Source: Methylibium sp. (GTDB lineage Bacteria > Pseudomonadota > Gammaproteobacteria > Burkholderiales > Burkholderiaceae_C). Taken from it: DNA of 64,000 nt. Each line of letters opens with the position of its first letter. Positions within the stretch are counted from its first letter, which is position 1. The stretch spans positions 1,155-65,154 of the forward strand of contig JANOQS010000123.1 in the NCBI GenBank assembly GCA_031414975.1, written 5' to 3'. The notes below the pieces were generated by a model, which saw only the letters and a list, made by a program, of their open reading frames with translations, was not told where the DNA came from and searched no databases. The position numbers were made by a program, and so were the translations under genes. Shown in pieces: positions 63,722 to 64,000 of this stretch.

Positions 63722-64000
63722 TCGAATTCCTGAAATGTCGAGGTGCCGAACAGCATGCCGCGTTCTTCGGCGCTGACGGGCGACAGCAATGGCTGTTCCA
63801 CGCAGGCCTGGTTGCGGCCGGCGGTCTTGGCCCGGTAAAGCATCTGGTCGGCGCGCTCCAGCCAGAGCGGCGCCGACGAACGCACCCACTGCGGCGCAAA
63901 CGCGCCGCCGATGCTGACGGTGACCGAGATCTCCTTGCCAGGTGCGGTCGCAATCCGCAGGGCCTCCACCTGCAGCCGCACCCGTTCGGCCACCGCCTGG
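63718..64000 (-). CDS. GGDEF-domain protein, C-terminal part (5' end outside the window)
   Basis: SIGGAF...ADQMLYRAKTAGRNQ is typical of the C-terminal end of diguanylate cyclase domains. Confidence 0.7.
   Translation of the reverse strand, partial: QAVAERVRLQVEALRIATAPGKEISVTVSIGGAFAPQWVRSSAPLWLERADQMLYRAKTAGRNQACVEQPLLSPVSAEERGMLFGTSTFQEFE

Overview
High-GC chromosome segment, roughly two-thirds G+C by eye. Gene content (Bug/TctC binding protein, imuA-imuB cassette, NasT-type nitrate control) suggests a betaproteobacterium of the Burkholderiales/Comamonadaceae type; this is inference only. Nearly all long ORFs antisense to the genes called here are Arg/Ala/Gly-rich shadow frames typical of high-GC DNA, and I ignored them.

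Content by block:
(1) 0.4-26.1 kb is a phosphate-starvation super-cluster. It holds PPK2, a patatin-like lipase, a lipid kinase plus metallophosphoesterase, DUF1877, a glycerophosphodiester phosphodiesterase, a 5'-nucleotidase, phnCDE, a phytase-like esterase, DUF1045, C-P lyase phnGHIJKLM and PhoD. Five Pho-box-like repeats sit at a fixed distance from start codons.
(2) 26.1-36.5 kb is mixed. It holds an RHH/H1-tail protein plus DUF2252 pair, a porin remnant, a LacI-type GntR with tctC-like and gntK genes and three operators, tRNA-Ala(CGC), a hydrolase, a rubrerythrin/Fe-S(CCG)/DUF3501 triad and a VapBC pair.
(3) 36.6-54.3 kb is a large assimilatory nitrate/nitrite cluster: nasT, nrtABD, narK, nirBD, nasA and cobA. 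It has three sigma-54 promoter matches and an ANTAR-type leader. Four poorly understood components are embedded in it: an orphan GAF-GAF protein, a pseudo-receiver/ANTAR/NarX-P-box protein, a PP2C-Ser/Thr kinase fusion and a YbiB/TrpD2 protein. A 324-nt palindromic spacer splits nirB from nirD.
(4) 54.2-64 kb holds a second VapBC pair, rarD, hypothetical envelope proteins, YchJ, a MarR-GNAT fusion, a LexA-boxed imuA (apparently frameshifted) and imuB without dnaE2, and a translationally coupled GGDEF/MinD-like/GNAT operon.

No rRNA, CRISPR array, transposase or integrase is visible. The best candidates for undescribed biology are the extra regulatory layer of the nas cluster, the RHH-DUF2252 (kinase-like) pair, and the GGDEF-MinD-GNAT operon. 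All functional calls rest on motif recognition by eye and need database confirmation.
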